IMG/VR virus record: IMGVR_UViG_2724679239_000007
Location: 1-24,973 of that record
Length of the DNA: 24,973 nucleotides
Direction: 5' to 3' (one strand)
Origin: a virus
Lineage: Duplodnaviria; Heunggongvirae; Uroviricota; Caudoviricetes
Positions 1-8,826 of the stretch are shown piece after piece. The translations under genes were made by a program, and so were the position numbers. Below the pieces are notes generated by a model. It was not told where the DNA came from. It did no database searches and saw only the letters and a program-made list of their open reading frames with translations. Numbering within the stretch: position 1 is the first letter of the stretch; each line of letters opens with the position of its first letter.

Positions 1-343
1 TCAGGCATGGCACACCCCCTGACGAATACGGGCGGCGAATACCATCACGCAGCCAGCCGGGGATTGCTGGCGTGCTTCCTGTTCGCTGCTGGCCACGATG
101 TGAATCACGCGCGGTTGTGCGGTGCTCAGGGCGATAAAACGCCAGATGTATTTATTCAGGTCGTGCGAGTCCCGCCCTTGCGGGTGTGTGGTATGATTTA
201 ACATAGCTACCTCGATACTGTTGCTATCGTTGGTGGTTAGACGCCCTGCATGTGTTCCAGCACTGCGGGGCGTTGCGTTATTAAATGCACACGTGTTAAT
301 GTGTACACCTATCGAATGAAAACATAACGCCATAGGTGTACAC

Positions 344-538
344 ATGTCAACAATAATTAAACGCGATAAAAAACCCAAAGGGACAGGAAAGGCTCCCCCT
401 TTCCATATGCGTATAGCTCCAGAACTGAAAGAACAGTTTGATAGCGAGGCTAATAATGATGGTGTAAGCCTTGCTAACTGGCTTAAAGAGTTAGGGCGCT
501 CCGAACTAAAGCGGCGCGGTATCGAACCTAAGGGGTGA
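344..538 (+). CDS. Small ribbon-helix-helix-like DNA-binding protein (YlcI/YnfO, DUF3950-like)
   Basis: 64-aa ORF with motif HMRIAPELKEQF...GVSLANWLKELGRSEL, resembling Arc/MetJ-type RHH small prophage proteins; lies in an AT-rich segment. Family assignment from memory only. Confidence 0.4.
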   Translation: MSTIIKRDKKPKGTGKAPPFHMRIAPELKEQFDSEANNDGVSLANWLKELGRSELKRRGIEPKG

Positions 539-569
539 ATTACTACTTCTATGATAGGATATATTAACA

Positions 570-1013
570 ATGAAGAGATTTAGAACAATATTACTAAAAA
601 TACTCGGTGCAAAAACATCCATTGCCATATTATGTGTTTTTTGTGGAGCAAGCTTTTTGTTCGGCCAATATCTTAATGATATGAATCTATTCGCCAGCTC
701 AGGTGCAATTATTTCAGTTTTTGGATTGTTGTATACAATCAAGTTCACAACTTTAAAAAAATTATCTAATCGCGAAGCTGAAATTAATTCACGCAGTGGC
801 GTAACTGGCCCGCCATTGTCTGCGGAAGAATCACAAAAGATACGAGAAGAAAACTTAGCTAAAGCTCGAGTTGAGGTCAGAGAGGAAATAAAAGCTGAAG
901 TACTCGGGGTTGGACTAACTGTTTTTGGCACCATTATATGGGCATATGGCGGATACATAAAAATTATTCCATCCCTCGTAATGTGGATAAGACATTCATT
1001 GTTGATGCAATAG
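570..1013 (+). CDS. Hypothetical small membrane protein (two predicted TM segments flanking a charged helical segment)
   Basis: ATG start; 147 aa; hydrophobic stretches near the N- and C-termini with a charged central segment (EESQKIREENLAKARVEVREEIKAE); AT-rich codon usage; followed by a hairpin plus T-run. Confidence 0.45.
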   Translation: MKRFRTILLKILGAKTSIAILCVFCGASFLFGQYLNDMNLFASSGAIISVFGLLYTIKFTTLKKLSNREAEINSRSGVTGPPLSAEESQKIREENLAKARVEVREEIKAEVLGVGLTVFGTIIWAYGGYIKIIPSLVMWIRHSLLMQ

Positions 1014-1035
1014 GGAAAAATATAAAAATAAAACT

Positions 1036-1066
1036 GGCGACCACCTCGGTCGCCTTTACTTTTATC
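1036..1066 (+). terminator. Rho-independent terminator-like hairpin downstream of the membrane protein gene
   Basis: GGCGACC-acctc-GGTCGCC stem-loop followed by TTTACTTTTAT. Confidence 0.4.
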
Positions 1067-1229
1067 TAAAGTCCAATTGATAAAATAAAGAACTGCAGCA
1101 TCTATTCCTGCAAAACTTCATGCTTTCAGGACGGCTGCTCATATGTCATTTTTTAGCAGAAGATTTTGCCTTGCTGGTGGGGAGCTTCCCGGTTAACACG
1201 ATGTATCGTATAATCAGCAATGCGCGTGG

Positions 1230-1811
1230 TTACTGAATACGCTCACCAAAGTAAAACTCAGGCTGATATTCACGTATCAGCCTTTTTTCTTCTTCCTCCA
1301 GCTCACGCTTTTTGCGCTTACATGCCTGTAGCTCCCTCCCCTTCTCGCTGGCACTTATTTGATATTGCTCTTTACGGCGGGAAAAATCCTGTAATGCACC
1401 CCACGGGATACCATAAGCCCCCGTTTTTCTGATACCTGGTATCACATTCCTGAATACCCAGTTACTGAAACGATGGGCGAACGTGCCAGGAGTAACAGCT
1501 TTGCGACTTCTGGCGATCAGCTTGTAAAAACCAGATTCAGAAACGACGCTATGATTTGGATTTCCGCGAATACCGTAGCTTAAAGCGACGGTATTCTTCT
1601 CATCCACATCCAGAGCTTTTAGAGCATCGCGTGAGTTGCTTATTTCCAGAGCTTCACAAACATCCTTTGCAACAAACCACGGATCGCCGTTCAGATACAC
1701 CACACGAACATCCACGCCATCAAAGCGCAGAACGACAAGATCACGAATATCGCAGAATTTTTTTACTGAACGAGCGTACCCCTTGCCCGTCACGGCAATA
1801 TTTTTATTCAT
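1230..1811 (-). CDS. Bro-N domain protein (phage antirepressor-like) with C-terminal charged coiled region
   Basis: N-terminal region LVVLRFDGVDVRVVYLNGDPWFVAKDVCEALEI matches the Bro-N fold signature; C-terminus is a Glu/Lys/Arg-rich predicted coiled coil. Confidence 0.6.
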   Translation of the reverse strand: MNKNIAVTGKGYARSVKKFCDIRDLVVLRFDGVDVRVVYLNGDPWFVAKDVCEALEISNSRDALKALDVDEKNTVALSYGIRGNPNHSVVSESGFYKLIARSRKAVTPGTFAHRFSNWVFRNVIPGIRKTGAYGIPWGALQDFSRRKEQYQISASEKGRELQACKRKKRELEEEEKRLIREYQPEFYFGERIQ

Positions 1812-1869
1812 CGTTTTTTACCTCACATACAAAAAACCCCGCATTGCGTGCGGGGTATGAAAGATATTA

Positions 1870-2073
1870 TTAGTGGGGATTGGCCTGTTCTCGTTGTTTA
1901 TCTAACCATGCCTCTACATCTCTACGGTGCCAGGTATGCCGCCGCCCAATTCTGAACGGTTGAGGAAAACCATTATTTTCATCTTTCCAGAAATTGATGA
2001 ATGCGCTCATTGCCCCATAGCGCAAAATTTTCATTACGTCTTTAGTAAATAAAATATCTTCATTGGTATTCAT
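1870..2073 (-). CDS. alpA: AlpA-family transcriptional regulator / excisionase-like protein
   Basis: 67 aa; HTH pattern and the W-x-R-x-D-V-E-A-W-L C-terminal motif typical of AlpA/Vis proteins next to P4-type integrases. Confidence 0.65.
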   Translation of the reverse strand: MNTNEDILFTKDVMKILRYGAMSAFINFWKDENNGFPQPFRIGRRHTWHRRDVEAWLDKQREQANPH

Positions 2074-2085
2074 TTGCTGAACTCC

Positions 2086-3324
2086 TCAACCATTTACTAT
2101 TCTCAAACCTTTCTTACCACCGGATCTATTAATTACCCCTTTTCTCGCCTCATCAAAAAAATCTCCTACCCATTGCATCATAATTTTGCGTTGTTCTAAA
2201 TAAGTAGTTCTATTATAAATATCTCTTATTTTATCACCACTTTTATGTGCTAATGCAGCCTCAATAACATCAGGGTTAAAACCCTCCTCATTTAAAAGCG
2301 TACTCCACATCGAACGAAAACCGTGTAACGTTACAATCCCTTTGAACTTGCTGGCAGCAATTGGGGTATTGATAGTATTCTTTCCCATAGGAGCATCTTT
2401 TGTTCTGGAGGAAAAAAATATATAACGCCCTCTTTTTATTTTCTGCATTGTTCTTAGGATTCTAATAGCCTGTGATGAGAGAGGCACAACATGTTCACGA
2501 TGGCATTTCATTTTATGCGCGGGGATAATCCACAAGCCAGAATCAAAATCAATCTCGGACCACTCTGCTTTAATCGCCTCACCTGGCCTGACCATTGTCA
2601 ATATCTGGAATAAAAGTGCATTGTGAGCTATTTGATACTTATGAGGCACACTATCCCACCAACTCAGAAATTCAGGCAATCTTTCAACAGGTAGTGCAGC
2701 TAATGATTTATTTTTCTTTCCTGTGAATGCAGTTTTTATCTTAAGTAATGGATTCGTTTTCAATGCTCCACAATTTACAGCGTAATTCATAATTTCATTT
2801 AATCTTGATATTAATTTTTTTTGCAACGCATTCTTATCGGATACGGCATCCAGAGCATTAATAGCTACTGGCGCTGTAATTTTCTCTATGCTGTACTTAC
2901 CAAAGAAAGGAACAAGATATTTGTATACTTCATATTCGATATTATACAGCGTAGGTTTCCGCAATTCCGATCCCTTTTTAAAAGCGATCCATGCATTAGC
3001 AACAGCTTCAAATGTTTGTAGATTTTTTAGTGACATCTCAATTTTACGATTTTTCTTCTCTGTCACTGGATCAACTCCACGTGCAATCATTCGCCGAAGT
3101 TCATCACGTATTTCCCGTGCTTCCGCGAGTGAGAATTCAGGAAAACGCCCTATCGTGTATGTCTGCCGTTTCTTCGTTATCGGATGGCTATAACGGAAAC
3201 GCCACACTTTCCCACCAGCTTTACTCACATTCAGCAATAAACCGAACCCATCATAAACGGCATAGTCCTTTTCACGTGGTTTCATTCCCTTAACTTCAGT
3301 CACGGTTAATGGCTTTACCGGCAT
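2086..3324 (-). CDS. int: P4-type tyrosine integrase (DUF4102 arm-binding N-terminus)
   Basis: 412 aa; N-terminus LTVTEVKGMKPREKDYAVYDGFGLLLNVSKAGGKVWRFRY is typical of the P4 Int family; catalytic region with HGFRSMWST and a C-terminal IRDIYNRTTY tyrosine motif; AT-rich gene. Confidence 0.85.
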   Translation of the reverse strand: MPVKPLTVTEVKGMKPREKDYAVYDGFGLLLNVSKAGGKVWRFRYSHPITKKRQTYTIGRFPEFSLAEAREIRDELRRMIARGVDPVTEKKNRKIEMSLKNLQTFEAVANAWIAFKKGSELRKPTLYNIEYEVYKYLVPFFGKYSIEKITAPVAINALDAVSDKNALQKKLISRLNEIMNYAVNCGALKTNPLLKIKTAFTGKKNKSLAALPVERLPEFLSWWDSVPHKYQIAHNALLFQILTMVRPGEAIKAEWSEIDFDSGLWIIPAHKMKCHREHVVPLSSQAIRILRTMQKIKRGRYIFFSSRTKDAPMGKNTINTPIAASKFKGIVTLHGFRSMWSTLLNEEGFNPDVIEAALAHKSGDKIRDIYNRTTYLEQRKIMMQWVGDFFDEARKGVINRSGGKKGLRIVNG

Positions 3325-3485
3325 CTATCGCCCTCATTTTTTAGTCCGTCATGTAGTCCTTTCAAGTCGATAACAAGCGATAAACTAACTCATTATCAAG
3401 TAAAGAGAGGAAACACAAAAAATCACAACTCATTGAAAAGACTACAAAACGACACCAGAACATAAAAACAGGTAAGAAATGTACC

Positions 3486-4481
3486 CTACATCCAGAATGA
3501 CGCAATACGTGAGCGTCGGGGATCACCATAACGACTGCCATCCGCATTGATGGATTCACCATCCCGCAACCAGACCCCACGTCCGTTCAGCTCACGTTTT
3601 TGTTCAGGCATAATCCGTCCTGAACAGGAAGGACACTGAATATAAGCCGCCTCACTTGCCAGCACGGGATCGGCAATATCACGGAAACCAGCAACCACAT
3701 CGCCGCAGGGCTGAAAAAACTCACCACAGTGTGGACAGGGCCAGTACCAGCGACGGCGATCGCCACGGTTATAGAGCGACAGTATCCCCGTGGTTGGTGG
3801 AGCCTCATGCGGTGAAGTCCGTCGCCATTTCACATCCTTCACATCCCTGCCGGGGGAACTCTCCACCAGCGTCATACCGCTGGACATAAATGTGGTGGTA
3901 CGTTTTGAGGCAAGAGAGAAAGCATCCCCCTCGCCATCAATATCTTCCGGAAAACGGTCATAATCCGTCAGCGCCACGCATTTATAATCTGATGAGGACA
4001 TGATATTGACTGACGGCCAGCCGATTTTCAGGTAGTTGCCAGCAAGGAATGTTCTGTCATAAACGTTGTTGTCATTTTTGTTCGGACTCAGGCGACTGAC
4101 CACTTCCGGGCTGACGCGAAACGTTCTGGCGAGTCGTTTTTTGGAGTGTTCGCGGGCTTTTTCCTCCGTCATCTGAATGATCAGCATATCCGCAGGATCG
4201 CAAATCACGTTGTAAATCACCCAGCCGTCAATCAGGCCGATAGTCTTGCCGGTTCGTGCCGGGCCAACAAATATCACTGCGTCGTATTCACGCGAGGCCA
4301 GGCAGTTCATCGGCTCAATAACATACGGTGCCACCAGCGGATCCCACGGGACTGAGTTCCCTGCCCCCATGGGCACCCGCATATACTGAGCAACGGCATC
4401 AGCAACCCGCATTCGTCTCGGTGCGCGAAGGATATAACCTGAATCGGTTCGTGCTGCCTTTGCGGTTTCCTGATTCAGCAT
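3486..4481 (-). pseudogene. Terminase large subunit (lambda gpA-like), N-terminal ~331 aa only; 3'-truncated
   Basis: Similar to the lambda gpA N-terminal ATPase region (WPCPHCGEFFQ, GVWLRDGESI); the frame ends abruptly at about 3486 where the P4-type int upstream region begins; a full gpA is about 640 aa. Confidence 0.7.
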
Positions 4482-4975
4482 TACTCCTCCTGCTGTAATT
4501 CCTCCTCATCATCCGCACCTGCTTCGGTCACCCGCAGGGCTATCTGATCGCGCAGATCATCAATAATGGACTGAACACGGCTCACAGCGGCAGGCTGCAG
4601 ACCACAGTCACGTTCCAGAATATCCGGTAATGTCTCCAGCACCTGCACGACCGCTTTTGCCCAGATGGCAAACTCCCGTCTGACATCACTGGCCGGAATG
4701 AGTTGTGCCGTTTCCTGTTCGAACTTAAGACGCTCACGTTCAGACTGATACCAGGCTTTGCGCTCATGCGCGTCCATTTCGCCTTCTGCAACCGGCGGTG
4801 GTAATGCCAGAAATGCCGACACAATATCAACCACCCGATAAAGCTTGAGGTTGCTTTCATGCCCCCCTGCAACGGGTAGATTTTGCAGCCTTGCCGCAGC
4901 AGTCTGGCGATGTACACCTGACAGTGCCGCCAGTTGACTGATATTCAGCGTCAGATTTTTTAACTCTCGATCCAT
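4481..4975 (-). CDS. Terminase small subunit (Nu1-like DNA packaging protein)
   Basis: 164 aa; N-terminal HTH (LNISQLAALSGVHRQTAAARLQN) and acidic C-terminus resemble lambda Nu1 / Noh proteins; start overlaps the downstream terL start (ATGA). Confidence 0.7.
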   Translation of the reverse strand: MDRELKNLTLNISQLAALSGVHRQTAAARLQNLPVAGGHESNLKLYRVVDIVSAFLALPPPVAEGEMDAHERKAWYQSERERLKFEQETAQLIPASDVRREFAIWAKAVVQVLETLPDILERDCGLQPAAVSRVQSIIDDLRDQIALRVTEAGADDEEELQQEE

Positions 4976-5508
4976 ACCCGCTCCGGAATGTTTTAAACAT
5001 GCATCTTGCGAACAACTTTAGGCAAACGGTGTTAGTGATGAACAAAAAAATAATCAAAATCGACACCATAAAAATAAAACCACTGTAATATCAATCCATT
5101 ACAGTAGTGGTGATGACGAATGAAATTTCAAAAACTAGCCTTTTTCCGCGACGCTCCCGCCCCGTGGCAGGCCACCCCACCGGGAGGACCCGTCAGCCTG
5201 ACAGCCATGACGAACGTCTGATACAGCGCCCTGCATGAATGGCATCGGGATAATCCAGAAAGGAATAGCATCGTGCCCACAAGAATCTGTGTGAGTGTCC
5301 TGTTTCTTCCCCCCCGCACACTCACGCAGAAGGGGTTCCCCGTCGAGTTACGGTCATAGTTAATGCAGGAGACAGCGACGATATAGCGCACAGAAATAAA
5401 TCAAGCATCCATTGAATGCATTGCATCGACAGGAGTAATGGCGTAGGCTGAACCCTTGGCTCTCTTTCGCCGCCGGCAAATCTTCAGCGGATTATCCTTG
5501 GCCGGTTT

Positions 5509-5973
5509 TTATCTGAGGCATTGCTCACGAATGTATAGCTGTGCCCCTTCCAGTTGCTTCTGCATCGTCATCAATCGGTCTCTGAGGGTGAAATAATCCC
5601 GTTCAGCGGTGTCTGCCAGTCGGGGGCTGGTTGCATCATCCACGCCGGAGGAGGCGGTGGCTTCACGCACGGCTGGACAGACTGCTCTGATGCGCAACCG
5701 ACGACGACCAGCGGCAATATCATCACGCAGAGCATCATTTTCAGCTTTCGCATCAGCTAATTCCTTTGAATATTTTGCATCGAGTGCAGCAACGTCACGC
5801 TGGCGCACCTTCATATCAGTAATGATCGCCTCTGCCAGTTTCAGCTCTCTGGCATTGTCATCGCGTTGTGTTTTGTAGGTAATGGCGTTATCGCGGTAAT
5901 GATCTGTTGCCAGCCACAGAGCACTACAGACCATCAGCAGGACAATAATCACGCCATACAGAATCCGGTTCAT
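5509..5973 (-). CDS. rz: Rz i-spanin (lysis)
   Basis: The ORF-track frame 5509..6021 has a likely true start at MNRILYG (cat at 5971-5973); N-terminal TM followed by coiled-coil periplasmic domain; Rz1 embedded in the +1 frame. Confidence 0.75.
   Translation of the reverse strand: MNRILYGVIIVLLMVCSALWLATDHYRDNAITYKTQRDDNARELKLAEAIITDMKVRQRDVAALDAKYSKELADAKAENDALRDDIAAGRRRLRIRAVCPAVREATASSGVDDATSPRLADTAERDYFTLRDRLMTMQKQLEGAQLYIREQCLR
5571..5753 (-). CDS. rz1: Rz1 o-spanin lipoprotein (embedded in Rz)
   Basis: 60-aa ORF inside Rz in another frame; signal peptide with lipobox VVVGC and a proline-rich mature part (PPPPPAWMMQPAPDW). Confidence 0.7.
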   Translation of the reverse strand: MRKLKMMLCVMILPLVVVGCASEQSVQPCVKPPPPPAWMMQPAPDWQTPLNGIISPSETD

Positions 5974-5995
5974 TTCACCACCAGTGGATTTGCCC

Positions 5996-6901
5996 CTATA
6001 TTTCCAGACACCTGTTATCACTTAACCCATTACTGGCCTGCTGCCGTAGATATTCCCGTGGCGAGCGATAACCCAGTGCACTATGCGGATGCCATTCGTT
6101 ATAATGCTCGAACGCCTCTGCAAGGTTCTTTGCTGCCGTTAAACCGTCTGGTTTAGGCATGACACTGATGTAGTCACGCTTTATCGTTTTCACGAAGCTC
6201 TCTGCTATGCCGTTACTCTCCGGACTCCGCACCGCCGTGTTCTTCGGTTCAAGCCCCAACATCCGGGCAAACTGGAGTGTTTCATTAGCCCGGTAGCATG
6301 AACCATTATCCGTCAGCCACTCTACTGGAGACGCCGGAAGCTCGTTGCCGAAGCGGCGTTCCACCGCTCCCAGCATTACGTCCTGTACTGTTTCACTGTC
6401 GAAGCCGCCCGTAGTGACTGCCCAGTGCAGTGCCTCACGGTCACAGCAGTCCAGCGCGAACGTGACTCGCAGTTTTTCTCCGTTATCACAGCGGAACTCG
6501 AACCCGTCAGAGCACCATCGTTGATTGCTTTCTTTCACGGCCACTTTGCCTGTATGTGCCCGTTTCGATGGCGGTACAGCGGTTTTTCGCTCAAGCAACA
6601 GCGCATTCTGGCGCATGATCCGGTAAACCCGTTTGGCATTGATCGCAGGCATACCATCAAGTTCGGCCTGTCTGCGAAGCAGCGCCCATACCCGACGATA
6701 ACCATACGTGGGCAGCTCTCCGATAACATGGTGTATACGGAGAAGCACATCCGTATCATCTGAGTGACGGCTGCGGCGACCATCTTTCCAGTCATCGGTT
6801 CGTCTGAGAATTACGTGCAACTGCGCACGCGACACCCGGAGACAACGGCTGACTAAGCTTACTCCCCATCCCCGGGCAATAAGGGCGCGTGCGCTATCCA
6901 C
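5996..6901 (-). CDS. insD: IS2 transposase InsD (OrfB)
   Basis: 301 aa with DDE/rve integrase core; recognised as IS2 OrfB. Confidence 0.9.
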
Positions 6902-7224
6902 TTTTTTGCACGCCCATATTCAACGGCTTCTTTAAGGAGTTCATTTTCCATCGTTTTTTTTCCGAGCAGGCGCTGGAGTTCTTTAATCTGCTTCATGGCA
7001 GCAGCAAGTTCAGAGGCAGGAACGACCTGCTCTCCTGCGGCCACAGCAGTAAGACTTCCCTCCTGGTATTGCTTGCGCCAGAGAAATAACTGGCTGGCTG
7101 CCACACCGTGTTGCCGGGCAACAAGGGAGACCGTCATTCCCGGTTCAAAACTCTGCTGAACAATAGCGATCTTTTCCTGTGTAGTACGCCGTCTGCGTTT
7201 CTCCGGTCCTAAGACATCAATCAT
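6859..7224 (-). CDS. insC: IS2 InsC (OrfA) regulatory/HTH protein
   Basis: 121 aa from [12 protein letters not shown]; overlaps insD as expected for the IS2 programmed frameshift arrangement. Confidence 0.85.
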
Positions 7225-7315
7225 CTGCTCTCCAATGACTAGTCTAAAAACTAGTATTAAGACTATCACTTAAATAAGTGATACTGGTTGTCTGGAGATT
7301 CAGGGGGCCAGTCTA

Positions 7316-7410
7316 ACCAGCGTATCTGACCGATGAAATAACCGGAGCCCATAACCACAAACACCTGCCAGATAAGGATGAACTTCCAGGTGGATAATTT
7401 TTCAGCCATC
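7316..7410 (-). pseudogene. Small hydrophobic ORF (about 32 aa before insertion) between endolysin and Rz, clipped at its last two codons by IS2
   Basis: MAEKLSTWKFILIWQVFVVMGSGYFIGQIRW runs directly into the IS2 left end; after removing IS2 and one ACCAG copy the frame would end ...IRWW, with a TGA stop overlapping the Rz ATG. Confidence 0.25.
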
Positions 7411-7477
7411 ACTCGAATCTCCAGAATCAGTTTGCTAAAATCAAACACGTTTTCTCCTTTAGCTTTCCCATGGGCAG

Positions 7478-7513
7478 AAAACAAAACCCCGCTTGCTGCC
7501 AACAAACGGGGTT
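7478..7513. terminator. Bidirectional terminator-like hairpin between endolysin and the small ORF/Rz
   Basis: AAAACCCCG-(15 nt loop)-CGGGGTTTT with T-rich tracts on both strands. Confidence 0.35.
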
Positions 7514-7604
7514 TTTGCTTTTATTCACTTCCTTTTGCCAGTTTGCAGAATATCGTGTTATCCGCTTGTGTGAGCAAACGGCATTTTTCAGCAAAATATT
7601 CTGC

Positions 7605-8138
7605 TTATCTGTCGATCCCCCAGCACACCAGCGCACTCTCCTGGTCACGACGAATAACCTGACCGTAACAGTTATTTGAACGAATGCGGCAATCACGGCC
7701 ACCGTCCTTAATCCACCAGCGAATCGCCTCGCATGCGCCTTTACGATCACCGGCATTCAGCCGCTTATAAAACGTCGACGGGAAACACTTACCGGGGCCA
7801 ATGTTATAGGGACAAAATGACGCAATACCTGCTTTTTGTGGTTCGGTCAGTGGTACTTTTATATTGCGATCCACCCATGCCAGCGCCTTATCACGTTCAA
7901 TAGCGTTAACCTGGTCGCATTTTTCCTTCGACAGCTTCATTCCCGGTATGACGGGCTTACCATCCACCATTGTGGCACCACGACAGATGGTCCATATGCC
8001 AGAACCATCACGGTATGCCGTTGTGTGGTTACCTTCTTTTTCATCCAGAAACTGGTCAAGTATCTGAGGAGCAGATGCTCCTGCTCCAATCAGCGCCAGA
8101 ACTGCAGCTGACAGGCCGTATCTGATTTTTGCGTTCAT
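7605..8138 (-). CDS. SAR endolysin (phage 21-type lysozyme with signal-arrest-release N-terminus)
   Basis: 177 aa; N-terminal SAR segment YGLSAAVLALIGAGASAP followed by a lysozyme domain; paired with an S21-type pinholin upstream. Confidence 0.8.
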   Translation of the reverse strand: MNAKIRYGLSAAVLALIGAGASAPQILDQFLDEKEGNHTTAYRDGSGIWTICRGATMVDGKPVIPGMKLSKEKCDQVNAIERDKALAWVDRNIKVPLTEPQKAGIASFCPYNIGPGKCFPSTFYKRLNAGDRKGACEAIRWWIKDGGRDCRIRSNNCYGQVIRRDQESALVCWGIDR

Positions 8139-8243
8139 GGATATTTATCAGGATTTATCGGTTTCTGAACCCTGGATATGTTTATCTGTCCCGGCCTGTT
8201 GAATCAGGCGGGGAAAAGGTAAAGACAATCAAGAGGATTATTT

Positions 8244-8516
8244 ATGGACAATAACACCATTTCTCTACAGGAGTTGCTCGACTGCATTTCCAGGCTTCGG
8301 GATGATGTAAATGCCCTCACTGTTGCATTTTCATATCTGGCCTTCTCAATTCCCAGAGAACAAATGCAACCAACACTGGCATCGCTCCTGCTTGAATCAC
8401 GCAACCCCAAATGGTCCCAGGAACAACAAAATTCTTTCAAGTGGCTGGCGGCATTACTGGAAGAAAAATATGCTGGTAAAATTACCATTTCGGTGGAGTC
8501 TTCAGAGAACCAGTAA
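8244..8516 (+). CDS. Hypothetical protein, opposite strand to the late operon (possible moron)
   Basis: ATG start preceded by AAGAGGA; 90 aa; lies between endolysin and the DUF1327 gene, convergent with and overlapping the latter by about 35 bp. Confidence 0.3.
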   Translation: MDNNTISLQELLDCISRLRDDVNALTVAFSYLAFSIPREQMQPTLASLLLESRNPKWSQEQQNSFKWLAALLEEKYAGKITISVESSENQ

Positions 8517-8826
8517 TTCTTCCCGGTAGCTTTCCTTTGTAGGTTATCCACACATTCTGCGCCTCTAAAATTACGGGGCGCTTTTCCGGCGACTGCTCAC
8601 CCCCTTCACATAACCCGGCGGCAACATCCAGGAAGACCTGTCTGATGCTCCTTCTGGCTGCTGCCTCATAAAACTCCAGCGCGGCACCTTCAACACGGTC
8701 CAGCGAGATGTCCAGGTCAAAAATTTCACCGTCAACGCGTTTTTTGTCCCGTAACGCTAAAGTTACCGTAACTTTATTCTCAAAATTGCGGATCCCTTTC
8801 ACAATCAGTTCATAGTTTTGAGTCAT
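8482..8826 (-). CDS. YdfR-like protein (DUF1327) between holin and endolysin
   Basis: 114 aa; position and N-terminus MTQNYELIVKGIRNFENKVTV fit my recollection of the small protein found between S and R in Qin-type prophages; not verified. Confidence 0.45.
   Translation of the reverse strand: MTQNYELIVKGIRNFENKVTVTLALRDKKRVDGEIFDLDISLDRVEGAALEFYEAAARRSIRQVFLDVAAGLCEGGEQSPEKRPVILEAQNVWITYKGKLPGRITGSLKTPPKW

Larger units (their letters stand above)
5985..7315 (-). mobile_element. IS2: IS2 insertion sequence (about 1331 bp) with 5-bp target site duplication ACCAG
   Basis: Terminal repeats recognised: TGGATTTGCCCCTAT at 5985 and the reverse complement of TAGACTGGCCCCCTGAATCTCCAGA ending at 7315; insC and insD inside; ACCAG directly flanks both ends (5980-5984 and 7316-7320). 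Confidence 0.9.

Noticed and set aside
1-570. Minus-strand 189-aa ORF (1..570) and plus-strand 64-aa ORF (7..201) at the left edge
   Set aside because: The long minus-strand frame runs antisense through the RHH-like gene and the AT-rich spacer and looks like an open-frame artefact. Its 1-204 portion and the 7..201 plus frame are mutually exclusive and neither shows a recognisable domain, so the first 200 bp probably hold the end of one real gene but strand and identity cannot be decided.
3362-4355. Several 60-110-aa ORFs overlapping the terminase genes on the opposite strand or in other frames (3362..3580, 3587..3808, 3656..3889, 4146..4355, 4582..4917)
   Set aside because: They lie fully inside the terL/terS coding frames, which have clear homology; typical overlapping-frame artefacts in GC-rich coding DNA.
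4976-5508. Searched for the lambda cosN cohesive-end sequence (GGGCGGCGACCT) in the Rz-Nu1 spacer
   Set aside because: No match found by eye on either strand; only a GC-rich block and a palindrome are present, so no cos site was called.
6425-7089. ORFs antisense to or nested in IS2 (6425..6763, 6535..6795, 6889..7089)
   Set aside because: They lie inside the known IS2 transposase genes; IS2 coding capacity is fully explained by insC and insD.
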